64,000 bases of DNA from Bugula neritina (Eukaryota > Animalia > Bryozoa): assembly GCA_964035545.1 (NCBI GenBank), contig OZ037767.1:6588707-6652706 (forward strand), read 5' to 3'. The notes under the pieces were generated by a model, which was not told the origin of the DNA, did no database searches, and worked only from the letters and a program-made list of their open reading frames with translations. Within the stretch, counting starts at the first letter, position 1, and each line of letters opens with the position of its first letter. Below, in pieces: positions 24,201 through 36,363 of this stretch. Both the position numbers and the translations under genes were made by a program.

Positions 24201-27200
24201 ATGAAAACAGTGAATGCATTTGGTTTATTTGTATTTTGTTGTCTATGATTTTTCTATCTAAGTCAACACCTCTTTCAGTTACAGGGGTTAAGACAACTTG
24301 CAGTTTCCTGAGTTGAATATTTATTATTTATTTCTTACGAAGCATTTTGTAGACAACTCCCAACTCTTGGGGAATTCCCAGCTGCTCTTCTTATAAATGG
24401 ATATTGCAAATAATTGAATTTATTCTTTTAGCTTTCATTGTGCTTGTAGTACTTACTTGCCTGGGAACAGCTCACACTTACCTCACCATTATTGGATGAA
24501 TTCCAATCTTCCCCAAGTCTTTTTTTATAGTTTTTCACTTGATAGTATTTAATGTAAATTTGTACTGCAAAGCGTTTGATGAAAAGTATTTGCCATATCT
24601 ATTGCAGATGTTTCAGAGTGGATAGAATATACAGAGCTATAAGTATCTACGTCACTGACGTGATGGGAGAGAAGTTTGTGACTCCGCCCATTGTCAGCTT
24701 TGAGAGTATATATGAGCACAGCACCCCCTTCTCTCCCATAGTCTTCATCCTCTCCCCTGGATCCCACCCGGCAGCAGATCTTGTCAAACTCGCTGACAAA
24801 CTAGACTTTGGGCACCACAAAGTTAAATTCTTGTCTATGGGTCAAGGTCAAGATCAGGTGACCTCTCCACAGCACATCTTGTCAGCTTAGTTAGCATTCT
24901 TTAGCCAATTGGATGCCAGTTTGAATTGTCTCTCAAAATTATTTGTAGCATACAATATGTTGCAGCCATCAGTATTAATAACTATAATATGAGTAATAAT
25001 AAAGAAGAAAGCATGCTATTGACAGTAATAATATAACATTAGGCAAGTTATACACTTTTTTCGTAATGTTTGTCAATGAACGCCATTTTCTACTGTCCTG
25101 TCTCAGGTGGCCATGAACCTTCTAGAAACAGCCATACACCGAGGCCAGTGGCTTATGCTGCAGAACTGTCACCTGCTGGTCCAGTGGTTGCAGCAGCTGG
25201 AGAAGGTTCTAGAGAAACTCTCTAAACCTCACCCTGATTTCAGGCTCTGGCTCACTACTGAACCCACCTCAAAGTTTCCAATAGGCATTTTACAGAGAGC
25301 TTATAAGGTTGGCTTTCTATTCTGGTGCCAAAACATTCTCACTGTATGTTTTTGTATTCTGGACAGCTTGTCTTTTAGTCCAGCTTACTTTTCATCAAGA
25401 AAATTATTTCTGTGCAATCTGACAGCAATTCCTACCTAAAAATCTAAACTTGAGCTCATGGGTTATAAACAAAGCTTTATGTTCAGTATCTGTACTCAGT
25501 ATATACACATTGCTTATAACTGACTTTTGACCTCTGCAGGTTGTCACTGAACCTCCTAATGGTTTGAAGTTGAACCTGAGAAGTACGTTCATAAAAATAC
25601 CATCCGTAGCCTACGTGGACTGTACACACCATGCCTTTCCCTCCCTTGTGTTCGTGCTGGCGTTCTTCCACTCAGTGCTGCAGGAGAGGAGAAAGTTCGG
25701 TAAAATTGGCTGGAACGTGTCGTATGACTTCAACGAATCGGATTTCTCTGTCTGTCTCGTGATTTTACAAACTTACATGAATAAAGCTGATAGTCTGGGA
25801 GACGGAAAGATTCCTTGGCCCAGTCTGAAATACCTGATTGGAGAGGTTAGCATCTGTTAGAGTAACACATGCAGTTACACCATGAGGACTTGTCTGAAAA
25901 CTATATGTTCATAATATGATAATATGTTGTTTTTATTCTACTTATACCGTGAATAGGTGAGATCTGTTTAAAAGGGAGTAAGATAATTTTTTCCACTTTC
26001 TTGTTCACCATGAAGAAAACACATAGCATTGATAGTAAAGCATTTTGTTCGTTTGGCAAGGTCATAAATGCAAAAGAGGGTGTTGGGTGTTGAATTGTGA
26101 CTTTTTTCTCTGCTAATCAATAATGAAACATATTGTTATTTCTCCAAGCAGAAACTTTACAACGGGTGTGTCTCACTGCAGGTTATGTACGGAGGTCGGG
26201 CTATTGACAGCTTTGATAGGCGTATTCTGAATACCTATGTAGATGAGTATTTTGGAGACTTCCTGTTTGACTCCTTCCAGCCATTCTTCTTCTACCAAGA
26301 TGATAAAGTTGAGTATCATGTCCCGGAGCACCACACACACAAGCAGGCCTACACTGGTATGATTCTCAAAGCACTTACAGATGATGTTTAGTTTTTCAGA
26401 AATGAGTATTTTCACTACCAGGTTTATGTGTTATCACACCAAACAATATTTTGCCGTCAATTCTTTTTAACACATTGCCTTTCGGTAAATGTTGTTTACT
26501 GGATATCATAGTGATTTTCTATTTTTATAATTCTGTTTTAGCGGGGAGATCCCTCAGTGTATTAAATTGACTATATCACAGGTTGAATATTGTATATATG
26601 TTGTAGACTATGTAGAGGAACTACCCCTAACAAACTCACCAGAAGTGTTAGGACTTCACTCTAACGCTGAGATAGGGTACTATACTAGTGCAGCTCAAGA
26701 CATCTGGTCACACCTTGTAGAGCTTCAACCTCAGACAGGTTTGCAACAGTTAAAATCATTTATGGTGCCAATGTATATTCTTTGTGTTCAATTTTAAAAT
26801 AGGAGAGCATCACGGTATGGTAAGACAACTTCACAACTACACCGAGATAGTTCTAATTTATTCTGGTCGCAGAAGTACCGTTTCTCGTGTTTCAAGAGCT
26901 CGAGATTTGTTGAACAGGTGCAGACAACTCCGGAATCAGTCGGGAGGATGTCATAGATGAAATAGCTGTCGGCATTCTTAAAAAGGTGCCATCCGTATTT
27001 GACCTTGACACCATTAAAAAGAACTATACCGGTGGGATAACTCCCACCACAGTTGTGTTACTTCAAGAGCTGGAGAGATATAATAGATTGACTAAGAAGA
27101 TTAGCAGTTCTCTCCTCCTTCTTAGAAAGGTATTGTAACTCTTACATGTTGCGTTTGTGGGTTTCATTGCCCCTGTGATAAGTATATGCCAGTCTGTACA

Positions 27201-28156
27201 CTAATGGTACCTGTGTTCACACTCTCCTGTATTAGCTGTGTGAATGTCATGCGATACTTGTGTACTGCAGGCACTGGCTGGTGAAGTAGGTATGAGCAGT
27301 GACTTAGACGACATCTCTAGGAGTCTGTACAATGGTGCGCTGCCTCTGGTGTGGCAGAAACTCGCACCGGCCACTCTCAAGTCTCTGGGGAACTGGATGA
27401 AGCATTTCACTCAGAGATATGAGCAGTATAACATCTGGGTAAGCATACCGTCTCTACGGGCTGATCGTATTTAGAGTCTGCACTTTCAATTCAGCTCAGT
27501 GGTTAAGCTGTGTGTAGCAGCAGGTAAGAATGGCTTGCAATGAAAGTCTGTACTAACTACTATTAGTTTTATAATACTGTGGACTCTATAGCAGACCGGA
27601 AACGTCATCGACAAGCAATCAGAAATCTCGAAATGATTCAAAATATGTTTGCACAAAATTTATTGTAAAACAAAGTTGTTTGAGCATACAACTTTCTAGC
27701 AGTTTGTAGATGATAGCTAAGATGTGTTTGAATATTTTATTAGTGCATAAATAAAGCTTTTCAGAGGTTCTTTATTCCAAATAGTGTGACTCATTGTTGA
27801 CAGAATGCTGTTAGTTTTAACAGCATATACATTGGTTCAGGTGGAAAAAGCTGAGCCAAAGATGATGTGGTTGTCTGGTTTGCACATCCCCGAGTCTTAC
27901 CTAACTGCTCTGGTACAAGCCACTTGTCGTAAGCATGGCTGGCCCCTTGACAAGTCCACTCTCTACACCACTGTCACTAATTATGATGGAGCCGATGATG
28001 TTCATGAACATTCTACACATGGTAACTTGTTGACTCGTGTTTTATAACATATGTTCTGCTTACACTTTACTGTTTAATCAGTATATATGAGTTTAGCAAA
28101 CATAATTTTTTACATATTAACCCTTTCATGCATGGATTTTGTTATCAGTCACTTGG

Positions 28157-28191
<35 letters not shown>

Positions 28192-29204
28192 CTGTTCACA
28201 CATTACATTGATGTTGCGCATGGAATAGTATAGAAAATAATGTTTAACAATCATTGCATCATTGACTATAATGGTCTTGAAAATGTTTACAGGCTGCTTT
28301 GTTGAGGGATTGTATTTAGAAGGAGGTAGCTGGGATAAGGCCAGGGGTTGTATCACCTACCAGAAGCCCAAGGAGCTCACCTGTCCTCTACCAGTAATCA
28401 AAGTCATACCTATTGAAGCCCACCGTCTCAAGCTGCAGGTAGATTCACATAGCAACTCATGTGGGCCTACATCTCTAGCGACATTGTGCAATAATGTTCA
28501 GTTTTCAACATCAAATAAGGTTACTAGAAGTAAATATTTTTAGTCATGTGTGATTAGCAGCTGTATATTGGAATGGAGTTAGTTAAGTATTGTTGTAATC
28601 TAAATATATTTTTAGACCAATGAGCTCGTAACTCTGATTTAAAACCATTTCCTCTTTCCAAAGACGTTATATCGTAAAATATTTTTGATTGTATATGCAA
28701 CTGACCTGCATGAATTACCACAAATGTTCTTGCAATAGTAATCTAATTGACTGAGTTGTTGCAGTTTTTATTTTTACCTGCTGCCCACTTGAGATGAAAT
28801 ATATGTCTCACTCCATGGCAATGTATTGCCTAGAGCAGGTTACTCATGCTACTAGTTTTTACCTAGCACTGGTTTTGCATTTGAAGTTTTGATTTGTGTG
28901 GCAGGACCTTTTAGCGTTCATTACCATCTCAATATAATTGCTACAACTGCTCTCCGAATATTGAAAACTTACTAGTGCTAGTATTTTAATGGTTGACTTT
29001 TTCACACTATATGACTCATTTCATTATAGTTTATATTTAATCACTGCATTATTCTAGAATACATTCCGTACTCCTGTATACGTCACCTCAGAGAGACGCA
29101 ATGCTATGGGAGTTGGTCTGGTGTTTGAAGCTGACTTGTTTACATCAGAGCATATTAGTCACTGGGTGCTCCAAGGTGTCGCCCTCCTTCTCAACACAGA
29201 TTAG
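269..29204 (+). CDS. DNAH10: Axonemal dynein heavy chain 10-like (inner arm I1/f alpha), 5'-partial, 51 exons in window
   Basis: Exons traced with phase-consistent splice sites: 269-447, 1175-1386, 1774-1930, 2161-2394, 2731-2853, 2937-3170, 3537-3766, 4302-4473, 4607-4707, 4841-5159, 5610-5762, 6175-6363, 6820-6966, 7379-7579, 8035-8144, 8532-8826, 9200-9308, 9776-9921, 10059-10272, 10405-10514, 10743-10910, 13189-13341, 13620-13945, 14325-14532, 14975-15139, 15375-15533, 15698-15896, 16341-16568, 17499-17761, 18176-18346, 18686-18846, 19397-19578, 19922-20058, 20189-20517, 20674-20932, 21237-21372, 21678-21832, 22229-22447, 22833-23106, 23331-23434, 23568-23812, 24608-24857, 25107-25307, 25540-25845, 26182-26356, 26607-26738, 26918-27129, 27271-27438, 27841-28021, 28293-28438, 29058-29204. 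Motifs: P1 [32 protein letters not shown]2 GPSGGGKT, P3 GETGTSKT, P4 GLGGGGKQ, and the coiled-coil stalk/MTBD. The C-terminus [48 protein letters not shown] matches the DNAH10 type as I recall it. Confidence 0.95.
917..1143. mobile_element. hAT (Charlie-type) MITE
   Basis: Imperfect TIRs CAGAGGTGGGCAAC...GTTGTCCACTCCTG; 8-bp TSD GTCTAGAC (909-916) / GTGTAGAC (1144-1151); subterminal TGTGGCC motifs. Confidence 0.8.
3852..4056 (-). mobile_element. tRNA-derived SINE, copy A
   Basis: Minus-strand head has A-box-like TAGTCTAGGGGCTAG and B-box-like GGCTTCAAACCC. The body (CCTAACATCACCA, CTGTGAGAAC) is shared with three other copies in the window. Confidence 0.7.
5200..5403 (-). mobile_element. tRNA-derived SINE, copy B
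   Basis: Aligns by eye with copies A, C and D (TCTAACATCACCAGTGGCCTTTACTGGGATTCAAACC...ACCACTAGACTAT). Confidence 0.7.
7067..7385 (+). repeat. 43-bp minisatellite (~7 units) running into the 3' splice site
   Basis: CACTGATGTCTA recurs at about 7067, 7110, 7153, 7196, 7237, 7280, 7323 and 7366; the last partial unit supplies the acceptor TCTAG|GATGTG. Confidence 0.85.
8150..8427 (+). repeat. 10-bp minisatellite (TGTCACCTGG/TGTCATCTGT variants, ~28 units)
   Basis: Visible 10-bp periodicity starting just after the donor at 8145; it produces spurious Cys/His-rich ORFs. Confidence 0.9.
9971..10091 (+). repeat. 34-bp tandem repeat spanning an intron/exon junction
   Basis: CTATATGCTCTCTGCTGTAG|GTCACTCAACTCTG repeated; AG dinucleotides end at 9990, 10024 and 10058. 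Confidence 0.95.
11030..12739 (+). mobile_element. Non-autonomous hAT DNA transposon (1710 bp) with a decayed transposase C-terminus
   Basis: TIRs CAGGGCTGTCCAAC...GTTGGACACCCCTG; perfect 8-bp TSD GTCTATAT (11022-11029 / 12740-12747). At ~12141-12280, [44 protein letters not shown] (one frameshift, one stop) resembles the C-terminal region of hAT transposases. Confidence 0.9.
12748..13202 (+). repeat. 21-bp minisatellite (TATATATTAGATGTTACTGTC) ending at the acceptor; about two more units at 10983-11029
   Basis: About 20 units in total, near-perfect between 12830 and 13040; the array is split by the hAT insertion. Confidence 0.95.
16731..16941 (-). mobile_element. tRNA-derived SINE, copy C
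   Basis: Minus-strand head TGGTCTGGTGGTTAGAGC...GGGTTCAATTCC (A/B boxes); body shared with copies A, B and D. Confidence 0.75.
16979..17399. mobile_element. Palindromic (foldback) MITE, ~205-bp arms
   Basis: GGGTTATTTTACTTAATTTAGTACACACTGG... and ...CCAGTGTGTACTAAATTAGGTAAAATGACCC are reverse complements over their whole length around a ~11-nt loop at ~17184-17194; AATT flanks both ends. Confidence 0.85.
18858..18960 (+). repeat. Three ~33-bp tandem units (ACCACAGGCTAACACATGCTG) just after a donor
   Basis: Direct reading. Confidence 0.85.
20933..21043 (+). repeat. (GTTA/GTCA)n microsatellite starting at the donor
   Basis: AAG|GTTAGTCAGTTAGTT... Confidence 0.9.
23905..24410 (-). pseudogene. 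Nested antisense degenerate paralogue of the orphan gene at 30.1-31.0 kb
   Basis: 23906-24070 matches 29995-30161 ([13 protein letters not shown] plus 3'UTR). 24276-24410 matches 30715-30850 but contains a stop codon and indels. Confidence 0.75.
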
Positions 29205-29378
29205 CTCTCAGTCTATCTCTCAAATCTACCATTTCATCTCATGAATTTTTTTTTCTTTGGATGGTAACAATAATTTAATTGTATTGTCAGAATATTTATT
29301 TATTGCGTATTTGTATAAGTTATCTTTCATTATTATCAGTTTATTGGTTGTTATATTTTTGCTGATTGTTATCTCACC

Positions 29379-29384
29379 AATAAA
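29379..29384 (+). terminator. Candidate poly(A) signal of DNAH10
   Basis: AATAAA ~175 nt after the stop codon. Confidence 0.5.
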
Positions 29385-30117
29385 GTTGTTACTAGAAACT
29401 AATCCAAGCATCTCCTACATTAGTAAAGTATGCAGAGCTGAATTGGACAAGAGTTATCTGCCCAAACTCCCTGTAAAGCAATTTGACACTTGGTGTTGCA
29501 AATTAACAATCTGAGATGCCAAAGTGTGTACTTTTATTCTTATGCAAAGTTATATATTTTTTTGTAAATTAGTATTTCCTGAAGTGCAAAATTTGGCTGT
29601 ATCTCATCAACAGAATGTGAAAATAGTACTTCACCTGTTAGAGTTAATATGACTTTAAAAAGTCTTCTCACGTATTCCATTTAGAGCTGGGAAAAACTTG
29701 AATATTATGTTTTTATGATAATTTTATTTAGTAAAACGTTTTAGCAAAAAAACTAAATGCCACATTTCGTATACAGAAAAAAAAACTAACAAGAAGTTTA
29801 AACAATAAACAAACTGCTTCCTCTTTTTATAGAAGGAGGAGAGGCAGTCATTAATTAAAAGGGAGGAAACCATAGTAATATACACACATAATATATAGTG
29901 TAGATACACTATGTCTATAATGTACAACCTGCTCTGACTGGTCATAACAGAGTCATTACAGTGTCTGTATGATCATTGATCTCTGTGATGTCATTCAACA
30001 CTTCATATTCTCGCTCTATTACATGCTATTGTACGCAGTACTTTATATTCAATAAGAGAGGACAACTCTAGTATAACACTGCAGCTCAGCAATTGTTCAG
30101 CTATATTCACTTTATAT

Positions 30118-31043
30118 TCACAGTCCTTCCAGCTTCTCATATCTACATATCTTAGCTTTCACATTTCCTCCAATTAATGGGGCTTCCTAAAAATATACAG
30201 CAAACCTGTAACTACATTTATAATTGATATAGTGTCATAGTTATCTATATGAAGATTAGTGATAAGTAAATGAAACTTCGCAATACTTTTGGCTATAATT
30301 ACACATACCACCTGGATTAAATATTGAAAAACATCACTTTACTCTCAGCAAGCTTATTCTAATACAAACTTATTATAGCCAGTCATCTGTGCAACATGCA
30401 AAGAATAAACGACAGAACAATTTATATAAAGATGAGAGAATTACCTTGTTCACTGTGTAGGAGCTGGACATTTTAGTTTCAAGTTTGTGAATTTTATCAG
30501 ATATTGTTGATTGAGCTTTTGTGTTGATTTGAGGGCAGCTTTTCACTGTCTGAAACAAAGGTTAATATTTTAGTTTTATGAAACTGAAAACAAGCTTTGT
30601 TTCATATGCTTAGATATAGTTTAGCAGTAAATATTACAAAGCTATTATTGGAAGAACTGTTAATGCACATAGTATCTTTTACTTTCTTAACTATAATAAA
30701 TAAATTCTATTACCTCAGTTAAAATAACTTGTTGTAGTTTCCTGAGTTGAGTTTTTGTTATTTGCTTCTTACGAAACATTTTATAGACAACTCCCAACTC
30801 CTGGAGAATTTCCAGCTGCTCTTTCTGTAAGTGAAATATTGCAGATATAATAATTAATTACATTTTTACAATCAATAATATCATTAATAAAATTAAATGT
30901 TATGTTTGATTTCTCTGCAATAAAGTTCACTACTAAAATAAATTTGTAATCTCAAGTCATAACGTATTGCATAACATTTAACTTACTGCTGATTTATTAT
31001 GAATCACTCTCTTTGCCCACATGACATCACCTTTACTAAACAT
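30118..31043 (-). CDS. Small multi-exon orphan protein (~106-113 aa; 5' end uncertain)
   Basis: Exons 31043 (or 31022)-30987, 30824-30714, 30549-30445 and 30186-30118, joined by three phase-0 GT-AG introns: (MFSKGDV)MWAKRVIHNKSA|[37 protein letters not shown]|TVKSCPQINTKAQSTISDKIHKLETKMSSSYTVNK|[22 protein letters not shown]. An acceptor at 31036-31037 suggests a further upstream exon. Confidence 0.7.
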
Positions 31044-32689
31044 AGAGAAATCGCAAATCACATACATGACTAGCTTTTGAAGTAGAAATAGTATCTTGAG
31101 TAGCAAAATATCACATCCAACTTATTCGTCTGCTGTGAAGTCTGTGACTTTATGTCACGAGGTTATGATGTCCATTGTTGAGTTTACAGTTGAAACCATT
31201 GTTGTGTATATTACCATATGAAAAATCATGTTTTTGACTATAGAATCTTTTGACATGTAATCATGTAGTTATGTGTAATTTTTAGTAATGAAAATAAGTT
31301 ATAGAAATCTATAAAACAAAATACATAAATAATAAGGCAATATATTAATTTATTATTTTCTTTTGCTTCAACTTTTTGTTTATAAAGACTATTTCAGATC
31401 CTATACTACCTTTTTATCTATAAAACAGTATATGAATATATGGTAGATGTATGAAAGTAACATGAATGAAATTTATAATGTGATTAAATTATTATAATAT
31501 ATAAAGCTTGTGCTCCTAAATATTTTCAATGAAATGGAGTCAATATTATGTATTTATTACTTTTTTTGTTAAATATTGTTTCTGAATAATTATGCTACAA
31601 ATGCCCATCACATTCTGACTAAAATACTTATATTTGGATATTCACATTATTAAGTAATGAGCCTGGTTATATATATTTAATTAACTTTTTTCCATGATGC
31701 TGTAATTTAATTTGAAGAAGTTAGGCTGTCAACAAGTATAACGTCTGCATGCAGTTTTCATTTTTATTTTATAATGATACAATTCACGTGACTTTAATCA
31801 TGTAGATGACTTTTTTTCATACACAAGGAAACAACTGAACGCTAGGTTTTATTATCTCAAAGTGTTTTGCAATAATATTTATTATAAAAAAATAACAAAG
31901 AATTAAAAAAGTTAAATGCACATCATACATGGGTTACCCCCAGAAAATTTATATATATAGCAGCTTGGAACAAAATATGAGTGGCTTTAATTTGCTTGAT
32001 AATTTTACTCTTATATTTGAAAAACAACACAAGTAATTTGTTTTAAAATGAGCTAATGCTACAGAGAGTGAGTGCATGTAACATTGATATGCAACTAGTT
32101 TAGAGTTACACTGGAGACTCAACCAATATTATATAATATTGGATAAGCAAAGAGAAATCAAGTTTGTGATTGCTATAACACTTATTGTTTTGGTTCAGGT
32201 AAATAAATGTACACACAGAGCAAGTGCCGTGATTAATCTAGAGTATAGCCTATGTTGAAGCTTTCTATTGTAATAAGCTGTAAAATACCTCAGCTATCAG
32301 GAGGAGTAAGGCTCACGTGATATAAAATATATATTTATTGGTTTGTAGCATCTCATTTTACGCGGTATAATAGTTATTGTGCATGGCATCTTTCATTGTG
32401 TTTGTAAAACAGAGAAATATGGAATTTTTCCATTTGGCAATCAAAATAATAGTAGGGTATATTAAAGATTAAAAAGCATGATCTATATAGGGGGCAAGTA
32501 CGTCATTGTTCAGTCAAGATCAAACAATGAGGTTAATGCAGATATTCTCTTTTAGAGTTTAGTTATACTGAAATAGCACAAATGTGGTATGCAGCTTTCT
32601 TCTAGCAAATAACTTAAGTACTTTAAAATATTCATGTTAAATATATAATACTTTCATCAAATGCATTAAAGCCCAGTGCAGTGTATATG

Positions 32690-32756
32690 CATGTGGGACC
32701 TGAACCTTAGACTCCTAATTTTCAAGCTAATGTGCTAGCTATCACACTATGGGAGT
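32690..32756 (-). repeat. Degenerate tRNA-like/SINE head
   Basis: Minus strand TAGTGTGATAGCTAGCACA...GGTTCAGGTCCC, similar to the element at 39855. Confidence 0.35.
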
Positions 32757-33564
32757 CACTAAATATTCTCAAAGCTATACGTAACTCTGATTACTCATTC
32801 ATAATAAACGTGTTATCATCCTAGACCACTGATATTTCATGTAGATGAGTGATCACAGAGTAAATTTCTCACTTCGAGAGGTTTATGACAATATAGGTTC
32901 TACCCTAGCAAATAGCTCACCTACACTTACATCACTATACAGTACACTGCTATACGTATAAAAATGTGGTTTATTTAAAGAAATGTAAATGAGCTATGAC
33001 TGCTTCCCATATAATCACTGCACCTGGCTGTTCCCATATGTTAAAATCATGCAGTCTACCGTAATTGCTAAAGTTATTGCAATATTGACAATCATATCGT
33101 GAAAATATTATAGCAAACAACTTTTAGTTATGATGCTTAATTATCTTTCAACAAACTGCAAAACTTATTAATATTAAGTTTCTCCGATCACTATATAGGT
33201 ATATGTAATGCATAAAGCATAAGACCAAATCCACAGATGAGAAACATTTTTTAAAAGTATATTTAATGCACAGGTAAGCCATTAAAAGTATGTATTTTAT
33301 ATCAAGCTTAGTTTCCTTCATATAAAAATATTCATATTTGAGTAGCAAATTAAAATTATTTTTGTTTCAAATTTCTGTTTAAGCAAAAAAGTGCCACATA
33401 AAAGGATTTTTAAGATAACTGAAAAGAGCAGTTATTTGAAGAAATATTGGCAATTATTTATCTTTCTATAATATAGATACGTGGTGTGTTCAGGAGAGTT
33501 TAATATATCAATTCTTTAGCTAGTAAATTACACACAAGGCACACAAGTTTTACTTCCTCAAAAT

Positions 33565-35675
33565 ATGCTGTGTAAGTATCCTTTTAAATGTTTCTCACAA
33601 GAATGAAATGAATATTTCGTCTCATAAATTTTCAAGGCATAAGCATAGTTATAATATTTAGGTTACAAACCTGTAAATTTAAGTAATAAATAATATTACT
33701 AATATTTGACATAGTATAGAACTTATATTTTAATTAGAAGTCAAACTTTTTCACACCAGTAACACTACCACCAAACTTGAGCAAAAAGCATATAATTTTG
33801 TTTTGGTAATCATAAAGCACTTACACATGCAACAGTGGTCAGTTTGTCATATTTTTATTAGCTATATCTTTTGATCAATAATATATCCAAAAATATACTT
33901 ATATTTTAGGCTATGTAGCTAACACCTACAATTATTTATAATACAATAATATCATACTCATTAGCGTACAAATACAATTTTTTTTTACTATCCATGAACT
34001 GTAGTCCTCTTTTTAACATGTCTTGATGTGTTCTAAAAATCTTCGTCGAAAGTCAAAGTGAACTACAAGCAGCAAATACATGTCATGACAGCAAATACAA
34101 TCAACAAGTACAAATACAAATTGATTCAGACATATAGGTAGTATATAGTAAAGTAGTTGGTGGCATTAGAGCTATAAGTTAATGTCAAGATATTATACTA
34201 TATATTATTCCATGAATAATGTTCTGTTGCTTACAGTTCTAGCTGTGTTACTCATCAGCTCTGTATGGGTTGGTTCAGCCAATGATATTGGAGAAGAGTC
34301 TTTAATTGGTCACCTCAAAGTTTTTTTCAACAGCTGGGTTCAAAACGAACATGGTGGATCAGGCAGCATCAAATCAGTTAGTTTATAGACTACAATATAA
34401 TGCATCTTATTTTAAAAAGTGCATCCTGATTTGAGTCATATATAGGAATCATTTGTTCATATAATATAGATGGACAAGTAATACATCAAATTGAAAATTA
34501 ACTGCAACTTTACTTTATTGACTGAGCAGTTATATGTATCACATTTTATTTTATTATATACATTATTTTATGAGATATTTTGTGATATTATATTCTGAAA
34601 AATTACATTTTTTAATTTTATAACAAAATTAAGCAATTCTTAATAAGTATGGTATTTTTAACATCCTTAAAATTTTGATTTATACTTATAGTTTTATCCA
34701 TGTAATGATCATCAACAGGTATAGAGATAGTTCTGTTTCACAACATTTACACCTGCAAAAGTCATATCTATTCATGCATTTATGCATCTTTCTTCTACAA
34801 TTCATCTGTTGTGTAGCTGGGTATTGATTTAAAAGCATTACCTCACAAAGCATTTTGGCTTAACACTGTTCATGAGACTTATCCCACCATGAAATTTTTC
34901 TCCAGTACATTTTCTTTCAGCTATATACAGACACAGCATTGCTCAAACTGCTTTATGTTTATAGACTAGTTTGTTTGGAAGGCAAATCCAGCTACACGTC
35001 TACAAGATCTCTGTACAGCACTTATCTGGCACGGTTCAAGTCACTGTAAGTGTCACAGATCAGGCTACTGGGAAATCAGTGACTAAAACAGCGCAAGCTG
35101 CAAAGGTATGTATAAAGTGAAGGTTTATTGGCTTCTGTATACTTAAATCTATTTTTAACAATTTGCTGCTGGTGTGCTTTTAAACCCTTGAATAATTTAT
35201 ATTGACTAGCACTATAAGAAACAACAGCAATTGTTTTGTGAAATAAAAAATCACTCCATGTTCATGATACATAAGTCTAATTACGTAGAATGCTTTAAAT
35301 TTCTCCATATATCTTATATCTATATATTATATAATGACTGAAAGTTAAGGCACTAATTGCTGGAAACTTTAAAGAGAGTGTTGCTCAACTTTCTCTACTC
35401 CAAGTTCCAATAGGAACAAATGCTAGTTTTTATTTTGTTAGATGTATAGTTGAGCAAACTAAGTATTGCAGAAAGTCAGCTGCCAGCTTTTGAAATGCTG
35501 AATATATATTATTCTTCTTTCCTGCATGTATAAGGAACAGGACGCAACAATGAATGCTGGGACAGCTGCAGCTTATGAGCTGTTTACTATCTTAGAGAAA
35601 GAAGGACTTGTCAAGCAATCTGATTTTCTCCGAGATAATCAAGTCCGTAAGTTACACTTTGACTGTAAACATTAA
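33565..35675 (+). CDS. Secreted protein, putative anti-lipopolysaccharide factor (ALF)-like, lacking the cysteine pair
   Basis: Exons 33565-33571 (ATGCTGT|GTAAGT), 34237-34376, 34965-35105, and 35535-35675 (or 35535-35646 spliced to 36722-36768). Protein: MLFLAVLLISSVWVGSA-NDIGEESLIGHLKVFFNSWVQNEHGGSGSIKS|TSLFGRQIQLHVYKISVQHLSGTVQVTVSVTDQATGKSVTKTAQAAK|EQDATMNAGTAAAYELFTILEKEGLVKQSDF... The gene model is well supported; the ALF call rests on pattern resemblance only. Confidence 0.7.
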
Positions 35676-36052
35676 AACAACATTTTTGTTTTGAATGTCA
35701 CCGACTCCAAAATGTACTTAGGGAGCATGCTGAAAAGCAAATTGTTTCATCAAAATTCATGATAAATTAATCAACAGGCAAGCAAACTGTTCTTTAGCCA
35801 CAAACAGTGAGAGCTGAAATCTAAATCTCATGCCTTAGAGACTTGGATTGAGAAAAATAAATTCAACTATCAGTCTGTATAATGTATATAGTTTAAAGTG
35901 CTTTAAAAAAGATCACCCAAACTCTATATTTTACTTCAATGTTTTTCAATATTCTCATATTACTTCTATTTAAGTGACCACTGATTACTAGAACTATACT
36001 ATTCCTACTTTTGCTTTATAGTAGTTAGATTCATCGTTTTATCAACTGCTTA

Positions 36053-36363
36053 CCCTTCATTCACATTTTGCCTGCCGTATTGTACGCCGTAACGTAAAAT
36101 GTCAGCCATATTTAATCTGTTCGTGCTGAAGTTTTCAAACTCTGCTACTAGGTACGATCTATGACACTTCATTGGGCAATTATAAGCAATGAGTTAGCAC
36201 AAAAGTTTTTCTGTCAATTAGAAGCCCGCCGTAACTTGAGTTTCAATCAAGAAGTGCTTGATTTTAACATACTGTAGCAGCGTACATGAAGCTCAGACAT
36301 TTGTAAAAATGGCTGATATTTTACTTTACGACGTATGATACGCAGCAAAGTTTGAATGAGGGG
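36053..36363. mobile_element. piggyBac-like MITE
   Basis: ~60-bp imperfect TIRs CCCTTCATTCACATTTTGC...GCAAAGTTTGAATGAGGGG; degenerate TTAA-like flanks (CTTA / TTAG). Confidence 0.6.

Noticed and set aside
213-28356. Many minus-strand ORFs overlapping dynein exons
   Set aside because: They are antisense shadows of coding exons or low-complexity intron sequence, with no independent gene structure.
29931-30120. Possible selenoprotein: the orphan gene ends TGA ATA TAA, and an ATGA...AA...GA stretch lies downstream on the minus strand
   Set aside because: The putative SECIS helix is out of register with the non-Watson-Crick quartet, there is no Cys/Gly redox context, and the paralogue has TGG rather than TGY. 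SECISearch3 would settle it.
34182-34236. ORF-track start MSRYY/MNNVLLL for the secreted protein
   Set aside because: A strong acceptor (TTGCTTACAG) at 34236 and a phase-matched ATGCTGT|GTAAGT exon at 33565 give a cleaner model, although the ATG at 34212 cannot be excluded.
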